A stretch of 64,000 nt of DNA from Rhizodiscina lignyota. Its lineage: Eukaryota. The stretch lies in the NCBI GenBank assembly GCA_010015805.1, contig ML978128.1:1674001-1738000 (forward strand), written 5' to 3'. The position numbers and the translations under genes were made by a program. Under the pieces are notes generated by a model. That model saw only the letters and a list, made by a program, of their open reading frames with translations. It was not told where the DNA came from and made no database searches. Positions 37,586 through 49,448 of this stretch are shown piece by piece; position 1 is the stretch's first letter, and every line of letters begins with the position of its first letter.

Positions 37586-38857
37586 CATTCCGCGTTGCTG
37601 CCCCCGGCGAATAGAATTCTGCAGGTCGACGAGATCTTGCAAGGAACCACAGCGAATCATAACCAGAACGACGGTGGTGGTGCTGGGTCTGATGTTATCC
37701 CCTCATCAACCCAACTCCCTTCATTCGCCTGGCGAGGATCCAACCAAAGTATGACAGATGACTCAGACCCATCTTCCTCTTCTGATGAGCAGTCTACCGA
37801 CGACGACGAACCGGACCGGGAAATCGACAGAAAACACTACGAAAAGCTGCTTAAGAGGCTCGGGTCCAGCCGCAAAGCCGTCAAAACTGCCACGGCAATT
37901 GCCAAACGGTTCAGGGGCTTCCCGTCTGTGCAGGTCGCCGACAACCTCATTATACCTTCTATCGTGCCTACAGCCATTGTGTGTATCCGTTGCTGGATTC
38001 CTATCGCAGTCTCCGCACTTCCCGTCAACCAAGTGCCCGCTGGTGTGATGGGTACAGGAATGACAGTTATATCTGTGATGCGGACATCCTCCGCACCGAA
38101 GGTCGCCACACGCGAGGAGGACGGCAGTTTCTTCTTCAAGGCTGCGAGGAACGTTGAGCGAACAGCAGCAATATTCTCAAAGGACTTTTCTCCAAAGCCC
38201 TCTGCAGTATACGGTGTGATACTCATCAAAGTCCAAACTGCAAACTTTCCCATCCCGGCGAGCAGATACTCCGACTTCTATAATCACCCCTCGGATAACG
38301 TGAACCTGAAGAACGACTTGTCGGATTCCATAAGGACGACGGAATTCATCAAGAGCAAACTCCAGGAATCTTACGCCTCTGGAGTCCCTGGTGTGCTGTT
38401 GAGCTCTGCGTGGAACGGATTCACCTGCGATATCCACCGTCTTCAGGACTTCCTTATCTCCGTCAAAGTGCCTTTCTACCTCGCATGCGTTTTCGACGGT
38501 GCACAACTTGGTTTTGCGGGAAACTTACTTTTCAAGCGAGGCGCGGAGTCAAGGGCTACGTGGGCAATTATCCCTTCAACCTTGCTATTGAAGTGTATCA
38601 GCAGATACCTTGGCGACACCCCTGAGGATTGGAATGATACCAAGCGGCAGGGGGACGTACGAGGTGTAATGCAGGTTGTTCAAAAGCTACAAGAGATGCA
38701 GTCCTGGAAGGATGGCGCTTCCAGACGTCGCACAGTGGAGAGCAAGAGTCGTATCGACCGCATCGACACCGTAGAAGACTCAGAAGACACTCCCCAACCA
38801 GCCATCCGGAGATCCCGTCAAACTCGAGTCCAGCGAAACCGCTGGCAAGACGATTGA
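37334..38857 (+). CDS. Chimeric ORF: RT fragment fused to an unknown ~420-aa protein (possible serine-recombinase-like domain)
   Basis: 507-aa open frame; first ~84 aa are RT, and similarity to the - strand paralog starts abruptly at 37586 (PTVDK|HSALLPP). Expression unknown. Confidence 0.55.
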   Translation: MPNSELPLSEVMKEHVSFEYFVDDDLGGVDTFLNLVRFLYEFYFLRLCFAKLSLNPNKSIFFTSTLKVLDWHRGPEGLRPTVDKHSALLPPANRILQVDEILQGTTANHNQNDGGGAGSDVIPSSTQLPSFAWRGSNQSMTDDSDPSSSSDEQSTDDDEPDREIDRKHYEKLLKRLGSSRKAVKTATAIAKRFRGFPSVQVADNLIIPSIVPTAIVCIRCWIPIAVSALPVNQVPAGVMGTGMTVISVMRTSSAPKVATREEDGSFFFKAARNVERTAAIFSKDFSPKPSAVYGVILIKVQTANFPIPASRYSDFYNHPSDNVNLKNDLSDSIRTTEFIKSKLQESYASGVPGVLLSSAWNGFTCDIHRLQDFLISVKVPFYLACVFDGAQLGFAGNLLFKRGAESRATWAIIPSTLLLKCISRYLGDTPEDWNDTKRQGDVRGVMQVVQKLQEMQSWKDGASRRRTVESKSRIDRIDTVEDSEDTPQPAIRRSRQTRVQRNRWQDD

Positions 38858-39852
38858 CTTCAACTGGTAGGGTTATAGGCTTGCCTGCGGCAAAGGGTCC
38901 TTGAACATAGACGTATTGGTGCTTCTCCATGGCGACTATCTTCGTCTCCTGCCGCCTGTACGGTATGTCGAATGCGAGTTCTTCGAGAGTCGAAAACACC
39001 GGCTCACGCACATAAGCCTCCGCTTCCCACAACTTCGTAGGCTCGACCGAAGAGGCGACTGAAGAGGCGGAACCGTCATCATTATCGTTCTTGCACTCGA
39101 CAGGTCCGAGAAGAATATAGCGAGTCAAGCATTGTAGTGTCAGTGATTCATACATAACATTTTATGCAACTATGCATTGATGAAAGCAGCAAGTCCGCTA
39201 TGTCATTCGTTCCACGCAGCTTACCGAAGGTCCAAGTCACATTAAACTGCTTCCGAGCCATCAATAGACCAAGGGCAAGAGCCACCTCAGTTACAACTCG
39301 GGCTTGGGGACTTTGCCCAAGCTATTCAAGTGGGTGTATTAAGGGCAAACTTGACATTGTAGTCATAGACTATCAATGAATGAGTTGCATGTGAATAACG
39401 GTGTGCAGCACATGATAGCAGGAGCGGTATATTGTAGTGAGGCAGAATGAGTTGTGTGGTCAATTAGATGGAGTTCAAGTCGCGTGCTTTTTCCTGCGTC
39501 GGCGATAATTCTACCGAGCACTGACGGAAATAAATCCGCATATGGATATGAGGCGCGCAGATTGAAAAGGGGCAACTTTGGTGGCGATCGTTCTCCGCAC
39601 TCCACTTTGTGGGGCAATCGCAAGGATGGAATTATCTTTATTAATGTCGATTGACTCCTTGCATCTCTTTGAGTCTTGGAAAAGCTTGTCGAACGCAATG
39701 GTGCCGGGTGGGAAGTCCATTATATCGGGAAGACAACTCGGCATACCACGAGGGATACTGCTGAATTGGCATCGGACAAGACATAGGGATTGCTATCATC
39801 CTTGCATCATCGCCACGAGCCCGTAAAACAGTTGACGGCGGAGCAAGTCAAA

Positions 39853-41540
39853 ATGACTGGCTTTTCGCGCGCAAAGGAGGATCGGCCTACGCCGCCAGAA
39901 GTGGTAAGTTTGAGCTTGTAACGATTGATATCAGTAATTCTCATCATTTCAAGTACAATTGGAGGGTCTATGCCGTGGCACTCACAGTAGCCATGGGCAT
40001 CATGGCGTATGGGTAAGGCAATCGTAGACACATGCGAGAATTCTGCTGAAACTAGTCCAGGTACGACAGCGCCTTCATCGGCACTACGATAACCCTGACG
40101 AGTTTCAAGCGCGACTTTGGTCTCGTCAACATGTCCAAAGCTGAACAGAATGATGTCTCCAGCAACCTGACAAGCATATACTCTGCTGGCGGCTTCTTCG
40201 GCGCGCTATTCATGTTCTTCTCCCTTGAATTGCTCGGTCGTCGCATGACCGTGGTCATATCAGATGCCATCTTCACTCTCGGCTGCATTCTATGCACCGT
40301 GCCGAAGAATCAGCTTGGACTCATCTATGCTGGACGTCTGCTCTCTGGCCTCGGCGTCGGTGGGCTCGCAGCAGTTGCGCCCATCTACGTAGCTGAGATG
40401 TCTCCACCGGCTATCCGTGGTCGTCTGACCGGCTTCTTCGAGTCGTCCTACCAGATTGGCGCCGTCATCGGATTCTGGATCAACTATGGTATCGTCCACA
40501 ACCTCGATGAGACCAAGTCGATGGCGTGGCGTATCCCGATGGGCGTACAGCTCATACCTGCCGGTTTGCTCGCGATGGGGATCCCTTTACTGCGCGAGTC
40601 CCCAGTCTGGCTGCTCAAGAAGGGCCGTGACGAGCAGGCCATCAAAGTATACAGCTACATCCGTAAGCTGCCTGCCGACCACGTGTACATTGCTCAGGAT
40701 GTCGCGTATGTGAAAGGCCAGATCATGCATGAGCGTGCCGTGACCACTGGTGGAAGTTCCAGCTTCGGGGCGTTCTTAAAGGGTGCCGGTAAAGAGGCCT
40801 TTATGAAGGGCATGCGGAACCGTTTCGCGCTGGTCTTCATTATGTTCATGTGGCAAGCTTGGTCGGGGGCTGCTGCGATCAATTATTACTCTCCGACAAT
40901 TTTCACTTCCATCGGGCTGACGGACTACACACTCTGGACTGGAATATACGGTGTAATCAAGGCGGCAGGCTCAGTCATCTTCTTCACCTGGTTCATCGAC
41001 AAATTCGGTCGCAAATGGCCATGGATCGTATCGTCCGTGCTCTGTGCGTTATGCCAGTACTACCTGGCTGGATACATTGCTCTTGCCAATCCCCAGCCAA
41101 ATGTGCCCCAGTCCTCGTCGTCGATTGCAGGAGGCAAAGGAGCGACGGCTTTTATCATGATATTCGGAGCAACGTGGAGTTTCGGCGCGAATGGTTTGCC
41201 CTGGATCATCTCTGCTGAGATATTTCCATCCAGTTTGCGAAGTATCTCTGGCCCGTGGGCAGGCATGAGTGTGTGGCTTTGGACCTACGTCGTGACGAAG
41301 GCTCTCCCGTCCATGTACACGAGCATGACTTATGGCGTGTACATCTTCTTCGCGACCATGCTGATCCTCGCGGCTGTGTATGCGTTCTTCTTCATCAAGG
41401 AGACCAAGGGCCTGAGGATGGATCAGATGGACGAATTGTTTGGATTCGTGAGGCCCGGAACAGACTATTCCACAAAGTTGGACGAGAGGGAGCTTCAAGA
41501 GGAGCAGAAGCATGTTGCGCAGCAGATTGACAAGGTGTGA
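39853..41540 (+). CDS. MFS sugar-porter family transporter, quinate permease (QutD/Qa-Y)-like
   Basis: EDRPTPPEV|YNWRVY N-terminus typical of the quinate permease clade; G|YDSAFIGTT, LGRR, PIYVAEMSPPAIRGRL, ESP, IDKFGRK, ETKGL; two 5' introns. Confidence 0.92.
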
Positions 41541-44500
41541 GGATGTGACATCGAGAGAGCGCAGGACCTATCATGTTAGTTGTACAAATCCCATAGTCAC
41601 GCGATATTATTCGAATCTCTGTGAGAAGATCGACTCTGTGTCATTAGTGACTTGCTTGCTCTGGCGTGTAGTAATTTCGCTCGATGGTGACAGAAAAAAA
41701 GCTGGCCGCAGCTTCAATATACCGAACAGCAATGGTGTGTAGTCTCTATAATCAGTAAAGCGTGCAAGTTCTACAAAGGTGCGCTATTGCTTAGTACACT
41801 CCATAGACTGTACAACTGAGCTTCCAGAGGTAGTCCCACTTACCTTGAAGTAGAAGAGCCAATCTCTCCCCGACGTTACAGCTTGCCCAGCGGCCGAATA
41901 TTTTGTCACCCTCGAGCTTCCCAATCCGAGTACCCAAATGACAGGTCGCTCGCCAGATTGAAAAGTGTAACTGTGGAGTAGTCTGGTGTCGTACGACATG
42001 CATATTCCAATGTTCTGGGCCTCCCAGATGAGCGTCATGGTCCAAAGCTCCATGTTGTGCAACACCAAGGGATGAGACAATTTAGACGTCAAGGAGAAGG
42101 TCGAAGTGGCATAACCAGCTGATACTAAGAATAGTCGTGTGAGAGACAGGCCGCATGAACAAGCAGTGAACTCCTGTCCGAATCAAAACGGTAGACAACG
42201 GATAGACCTTTCGAGACCTTCAGGCACAGAATCTGATCGAGACGTGATGCAGAGGGCTGTATGGAACCCACTGTTCCATTGTCATTTCCTCGCGGCCAGA
42301 AATGTTGAAGGACTGGCTGAGGCTCTATAGTTACACAATGCAATGCACTGCACATCAGGCGCACCTTGGGATATATTTGGGCGTCGCCACCGTCCCGATC
42401 TTGATACTCTTGTATAAGATCCATGCAGCCCAGTGGATGCCACGAACGATAGGGTCGCTCCATAGAACGTCTGCCCACAACAAGAGTTCCTGATCGTCGG
42501 ATGGATGACTCGCAAGAATACAAGCGGGCCGCGGCACGGAGTACGACGCTGAGCGGCTGCACCGTTTGCACGTTGCGCAACTCGTATCTCGGAGAATAAT
42601 GATTAGCCTCTTGCGCTTAGTCAAAGTCGGAAATGATAGCCCTGATATGGCGCTATTGCCTTGACCCGTGGCTACCTGATAACTTTGATAGAATAACTCT
42701 GGTGCCACGTGGGCGCATGTCGCCGAGCTGTCAACCGTGGATCTGATGAGGTGAGTGAAGTGTGATGTCGCTATCCGAAACTCTTAATTTCAACAGCTGA
42801 ATATTTTGATGAGTTAGCCTCAAGCGAGAGGAGGTATATGCAACCCCTGAGGTAAGCGACGTGTCTCCCCGAAGCTCGATTTCTAGCTCATAGATTTCTG
42901 CTCGAAAAGCATGGTGACGGGCCCGCATATTCCCTCATCCAGATGAAACGATGATCATTGCCAATCTCAGGGGATTCTAGGCCGTGAACCACGTGGAGAA
43001 TAGGATGGCCGTGAAGGCCCACTGATGGACAAGAGATCGATACGCGACGTTTGGATTGTCGGGGCCGATGGCGAGTATGTGAAAAGGGGGACGAGCGCCA
43101 GGGGACGGCAGCTCATTGGCCGGATCGTTGTAGACGCACGGTGTCCCAAAAAAAGACGGACATTCAGGCACGTCCGTTGCTTGGCCGAACCTTAACAAGA
43201 CCCACGTCGATGCACCAGCCACATGTCCGTCCGAAGTCGAGCTGCCTCTGCTTCCACCCGTGCCGATTTCCCTACACCATGCGTTTCTGGATCTCTGCTA
43301 ACGCTGCCAGCCGTCGATGGCGGCATAGCCTCATGTTCCACCGTCCTAGTGGTTAATGTAAACGCTGGTACACGCCACTGAGATCCACTTCCAAGACTGC
43401 TGAAAGTTCATAATTGCCAGACACTTGCTGGAACTGTTTTCCAGCTCAGGAGACGAGTCTTGGACATCACGTCAGGCCGGCTCTCCGACTTGCGTTATCG
43501 ACTTCCACGGGCGGTGCCGTGTAACTCTATACTCACCGGAGGATAAGATGCACGTTCTGTATGGCTTCATAAATAAGCTCGTGTAGGATCATTTAGCCGT
43601 GTGGGAAGGAGCTTGCACGATAGGTGGTGATACGTAGATCTCCCGTCCCCTCCCAGCAGTAGCCGTGTGCAGCACCGTACGAGAGGGTGAGCAATGAAAG
43701 AGCCTCCCACGCCTCCGGTGCGTTCGTTTGCTGTTCTGCAGAGCAATCGGCGCTCTCCCCCATGCGCTTCTCCGACGCACTCTTCCCTGCTCTGGCTTCA
43801 GCCCTGGCATGAGCTCATGGACAGGGTTCAGGCCCCCTACACTTCCGGTCGAGTTATCCTTCCTTGTCGCCCGTCCATCTTGCAAGCGACACTGTGATTC
43901 AGTTGTAGAGCACTGTGGCAGTCGATTCGCTCTGTGCGGCAGTCTGGTACTATTGTTTTGTGGCTGCTATTCTGGACTGCAAACGCGTTCGCCGCGTGGA
44001 TCTCTCCTGTATCTTGCGCTGGTGCTTGGCGCTGTCGGCGCTCAAGCTAGATCAGCCGCTTCGCGTGTCTAAGCCCACGCGTGGCTTTCCTTTGCCCTGA
44101 CCCCGAGCGTCCTCAACAACATGCTGCCTTCCACTGCTCCACTCTTGCAAGCCCGCTCGGCGCTCTTCCAATTGCATTTGACCGGCTCACTCAGCGGGCT
44201 TGGGACCATCGCTACCTACGCGCCTCGTCTCCCGTGGTTTCGTCGGCAGGGCTTGCTTCGACTCACATACATTCGCCCACGTGAAGCGTCTGGCTCGCCA
44301 AAGTAAGACAAGTGACGGCACACCCGGAGGCTCAGTGTTGGTACCTCACCGTTTGGACGTTTTGCAGCTGCATGTATTGCCCCTTTTCACTGTTCTCGAG
44401 ATCGATTCTCTCTTCACGTGTTACTATCAACATCTTTCCTGCGTCAGAGCAAAGGATACGAGCTTATTCTCGAGCTCCTCTTCTCGCTGCGTCTCATACC

Positions 44501-44942
44501 ATGCACCGGAACTGCATGCTTGAAGGCTATAGTAGGTCCCATGTTTTGCCTCTCCTTTCAAAAGTCCGACGTGCATGTTGTCCCTGAGCCGCTTCCGGGA
44601 TAGGCTTGAGCTCAGTCCGCATCTGGAAATTGTGGCGTTTTGATATTCGCACTAGTCTCTGCCTCCATGTCTCCGCTCGACCCTTGTCACGCTTTCTGGA
44701 CTTCTCGGCAATGTGTGGCGTCAATATGGCAACATCGGTTAGGATGTCTAGACTGAGTGATGGGAAGAGGTGTCGGCAAGATCCCTCTCCCCCAGATATG
44801 TTTATATACAGGCTGCCAGATCCTCCGATCTGAAGAGCACCCGGCCACCAATTCTCTCGTTTAATACTACATTCGTTTTTTCTTTTACTAGTCTCTCGTT
44901 TATTAGGGAAGTGCCGCCTTCGTTAAAGGCCCCGGGTTCAAC

Positions 44943-47599
44943 ATGCAGAAGTTCTACACCCTCCTTTTCGCCGCTCAGCTGGCCCGCGAGGCCACTGCCT
45001 TCCCCAACTTCTTTGGCAATGCCGCCGCCGATGAGAACGTAGAGAAAAGAGGTTTCGACAATGGCAGATATAATCGTGACCATACCACGACCAAGTACGA
45101 ATTCGTCACGAAGGAGACGACCAAGCTGAGGACCATCGTCATCCCGACAACGACCGTGTCCACCTACACCGTCTCTGACACTGAAACTTATTCAACAACC
45201 ATTCCTACGACCATTGTGGACACAGTTACGGAGTCCACTACCATCGTTGTTCCAACTACTTCCGTCTCCACTTCCGTCTCGACCGGTGTGTTCCCATAGA
45301 TCAGGCAAAGCAAAGCCTCGTTGCTAACTCCTCGCAGAGATTGTTCCAACCACCAAGGTCAAGACTAAGGTTGAGAAGGTCACAAAAACCAAGGACCACA
45401 CGAAGGTCGTCACCGTCCACCAGACAAAAACCAAGGATATCTTCCTGTGGAAAACAAAGACCGAGGTTGAGAAGTTTACGAAAACCCACACGTCGACCAT
45501 TCACAAGACGAAAACTGTAACCGACCATGAGGTGAAGACCAAGTACCACACCAGCACGATCCACGTCACGACGACCAAGCCAGGTAAGCCTTTATATTAA
45601 GCTCATGAAGAGCCACCAAACGATGCATCAGACTAACGTCTCCCAGGCCACACCACGACTCTTGTTGATTACCTGCCTGGAACCACCGTCACTGAGACTT
45701 ATACTCTGACGCCCAACGCTTCGACTGTCGTGATTACTTCCCCGACCACCGTTACGGACTACGTCGCTGCCACCGCTACCCAGATTACGACTGTTTCTGC
45801 CAACGCTTCGTACATTACAGTTACCCAGCCAGGTAGGCCAATCCCAGCTTCTCGACGCAGAGGAGCAAGTCAATTCGTATCTTTACTAGCTAAGGGCGAC
45901 ACGCTTTTGCCCGGGAGGGTCCATCCTGGAACTCGACATTCTCGAGCCAGGCCCCAAGCTCGTGGCTCTGCTGGCAAGGATGCAAATTGACATGCTCGTG
46001 CTGTATCGTTTCATGGCCTCTGATCGCTAACGCTCCGCAGGTTCGACCCTCACGCTCACTTCTGTGGTATACGGCACAGCTTTGAGCGCACCCCCGGTGA
46101 CGACCACGGTAACAGCTGTTGCCAATAAGACTGTCACTCTCACTTCGCCCGTCTACGGCACTGCTCCTGCCGGAGGCGTTACGACTGTCCTCTCAACTGT
46201 CACGAAGATCGTTGGTGGCCAGGGCACCGGCACTGGATCTATCTGCAGCTCGACTGTTTCCACCGTCTATGGCGGCAATACGACTGTCACTGTAACGAAG
46301 GTAAGATTTCTATGGTGCAGACCCGCTTTGAAATTTATGCTGAGCAATTTGGATTTCAGGTCGCCTATGGCACTGCCCCAGCTAGCTCTCTCCCACCTTA
46401 CGGCTCGCTTCCGCCCTACGGATCTGGCAGCCTGGGAACCGCTCCGGCCAAGACCTGTAAGTGTCTCTACTGTATTGTTAATAAATATACTAATGGAAAT
46501 AAAGGCAAGCCTAAGAAGACCGTTACTGTAACAAGCATCGCATATGGTTAGTACCCACCTGAACATTCATCATGAGGTAGCTCAACACTAACGCATTTTC
46601 CAGGCACCGCTCCGGCCGGATCTCTCCCACCATACGGCAGCGCTCCTGCTGGCGTTAAAACTGTCACTGTGACAAAGGTACGATTCTATGGCCAATGCAA
46701 TCGCTTGCTTCGAATTTTATGCTGACCGATTTGAATTCTAGGCCGCTAACAGCACCGCCCCGTCGTATGGCACCGGCGCTGTTACTACGATCCTGTCCAC
46801 TGTAACGAAGATTGTTGGCGGCCAGGGCACCGGCACTGGCGCTATCTGCACCCCGTCCACTGTCGTCTCCACCGCTTCAGCCAACAAGACGATTACTCTG
46901 ACACAGCCGTACTACGGTATGCTATCTATCTTGTGGAAACAGATCTTAGAGCTGTGCTAATTGCTTCGCGCTTCAGGAACCGCCCCTGTGAAGACGATCA
47001 CAATCACGAAGTCGCCGCAGGGAACTGGCTCGCTCCCACCATATGGCTCGATCCCACCTTATGGATCCGGCGCCCTTGGAACTGCTCCGGCTAAGACCTG
47101 TGAGTATCTACTACCTTATTAAGGAAACAACTGCATACTGACAAAATAAAAAGGCAAGAAGAAGAAGACTGTCACTGTTACAAGCGTCGCCTATGGCACT
47201 GCTCCTCTTGGAACCGGCGCTGCAGCACTGACCGTTTATTCCACTCTCACTGCCCCGGCAAGCACGACCACTCTCCCTGCTATCACGACAACCATCTTTA
47301 CCACGTCTACTGCTCCTGGTGAGTCCTTTCTATGATGCCATTAGATAATTCAGCAGGGGCCCATTAGACTGACTTTTCTCAGGCCAAAACTCCACAGTTA
47401 CTCTGACCTCCGTTGATTCAACAACGTTGACAACCACCAAGCATAAGAAGACGACTGTGACACTGCTTGAGAAGAAGACGAAGACGAGTGAGCCCTTTCC
47501 AACGCCCTCCATCTTCAGGAATGATTTGCTGACCTTTGCACACCAGAAACCGTTGTGGGACCCACGACGACCGCCTGGCAAACGAAGACAATCTCTTAA
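44943..47599 (+). CDS. Secreted Thr/Val-rich repetitive protein (cell-surface or adhesin-like), ~11 exons
   Basis: Signal peptide MQKFYTLLFAAQLAREATAFP; EKR dibasic site; T-rich exons separated by canonical introns; repeated YGTAP, SLPPYGS and GGQGTGTGxIC; ends ETVVGPTTTAWQTKTIS*. Confidence 0.8.
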
Positions 47600-48140
47600 G
47601 CTAATCAGCTTCTCCATGAGGTTGATTAGTATCGTCTTGCCTTGATTGTTGTTCTCAAGCGTTTGATTTTCGATTCGACGTCCGCCTCCGCATTTCTGGG
47701 GGCGCTCGTTAGATGACTCGATGAGCATAGATTTGTATGCTAGCGAAACCTGGCTACGTGGGAATGGTAATATACAGGCTTGGGACACTTCCTCATGTCA
47801 GACAAGAACAGGCGTTAGGCAGAAAAAGCGACTCACGGCTTATGTTTCATAACGTACATATTTACAAACCCCCTTAATTAATACTTTGGACGGTCGCATG
47901 TCAGCTTGCATCTATCTGGCGATCAAATTAATGGTATTGAGCTGAAACCCCTCGCACTTCTAATTGGATTTATTCGACAAGATTTAATGATTCCATTGTC
48001 CCCTTCGGGTTCGCTAGCTTGCTCGGCACGCCTGCGAGGACACCATGAAATTCACAACTCAATCGAAATAGAACCTCATTTTTTGCACGATATTTTTGAT
48101 CGCCATCCCGTCTATGTAGCTATACATGTGTGGTTCGTCA

Positions 48141-49448
48141 TCAGAGATCGCGCGGGTAGTCCGTAGTCTCAATTGCTTCGGGATACACCAATCCATTCTG
48201 CTTCCTCACCTCGTCCATGACTTCCATCATCACGAGCGTCTCCTCCAGTGGTATCGTATCGCTCTCTTTCTTGCCATCGCGGATACACCGGTAGCATTCG
48301 TCGGCTTCCCAGAACATGCCGTGTCCCGGGATGTCCTCTGTGACCTCCTTGTACTCCAGCGTGCTGTTTTGCGCAACGTTCGGGATGATACGATATTGCG
48401 TTGGACGATAGGCTGGAGGGAATATCTGAAGTTCGCCCTTTGTACCTTGTATCTTGATTGACGGTCCAGCGCTATGCTTTCCATCAGGGTCAGAGCCCAC
48501 TCTGAGACCAGTCGTTGCGATACCGTGTGCGCCAGTTGCGAATTGCATTATGATGGTCGTGCATTCGTCTGCGCCTGTTCTCGGCTCCGGGGTTATGATT
48601 GAGGAGACCTTGGGCTTCACTCTCTTATCCTTGGGCTGTATGTGATAGAGGAGCTGGAAGATCCAGAGTATCGAATAAATGCCCACTTCACGATTGTTAG
48701 CCCAGTAACCCAATCATTGGCGATCCTCTCATTACTCACGATCTAGCAGAGCTCCTCCAGCAAGGTCCGGGTTGACCATCCTGTGCTTAACGTCGAACTT
48801 CTTCTCCACATCATCTCCAAAGGCGTTGTCGGCATACATCCTCTTAATGTCACCCAGCGTCCCCTCAGCCGCCAGCTTCCTAATGTTGATCGCCAACGGG
48901 AAGTATCTCGTCCATTGCGCCTCCATGAGAAACAGGCCCTTTTGCCTAGCAAGGTCGACCAAGACCTTAGCTTGCTCCGCGTTTGTCGTGAAGGATTTCT
49001 CTAGCAGGACGTTCTTGCCCGCCTCGAGACATAGCCGTGTATTCTGGTAGTGGTGGGAGTGAGGTGTGGCGACGTAGATGATGTCGACGTCGGGATCGGA
49101 GACGAGCTCTTTGTAGGAGCCATATGCCTTTGCAGAACTCGGGGCACCAACTTCCTTTAGGAAGGCTTTTGCTCGATCGGCAGAGGTTGATGAAGCTGCT
49201 GCTTGCACGACGTGGTTGACGTCGCTAACGCCGCGAGTGGAAGGGTCGCGGAGCAGGTCTTTGGCGAATGCTGGGGCAATATGTTAAAATTACACTCCTT
49301 TAGCGCTTTAAGAACGTCCAACTTACTCTCAGCGATTCCTCCGGTAGCTATAAACTTGTCAGCTTCACGTACGGAAAAATTTAAAGCTAAGTTGAGATGG
49401 GTAGTTACCAAGGATGCCCCACCGCAGAGGTTTCAGAGAGGAAGACAT
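48141..49448 (-). CDS. Gfo/Idh/MocA oxidoreductase (dimeric dihydrodiol dehydrogenase / NADP D-xylose dehydrogenase-like)
   Basis: LRWGILA|TGGIA; DVDIIYVATPHSHHYQN...GKNVLLEKSFT; FLMEAQWTRYFP; LAGGALLD; GHGMFWEADE; three introns. Confidence 0.93.

Noticed and set aside
31300..39750. Starship element or intact LTR retrotransposon
   Set aside because: No DUF3435 tyrosine recombinase, LTRs, gag, RNase H or integrase visible; only an RT fragment.
45832..46040. Longer intron as TPP riboswitch or snoRNA host
   Set aside because: No recognisable TPP aptamer motifs, and the host gene is not thiamine related.
39853..49448. Quinate utilisation cluster (MFS plus oxidoreductase)
   Set aside because: No dehydroquinase, dehydroshikimate dehydratase or qa/qut regulators; the two genes are separated by an unrelated secreted-protein gene.
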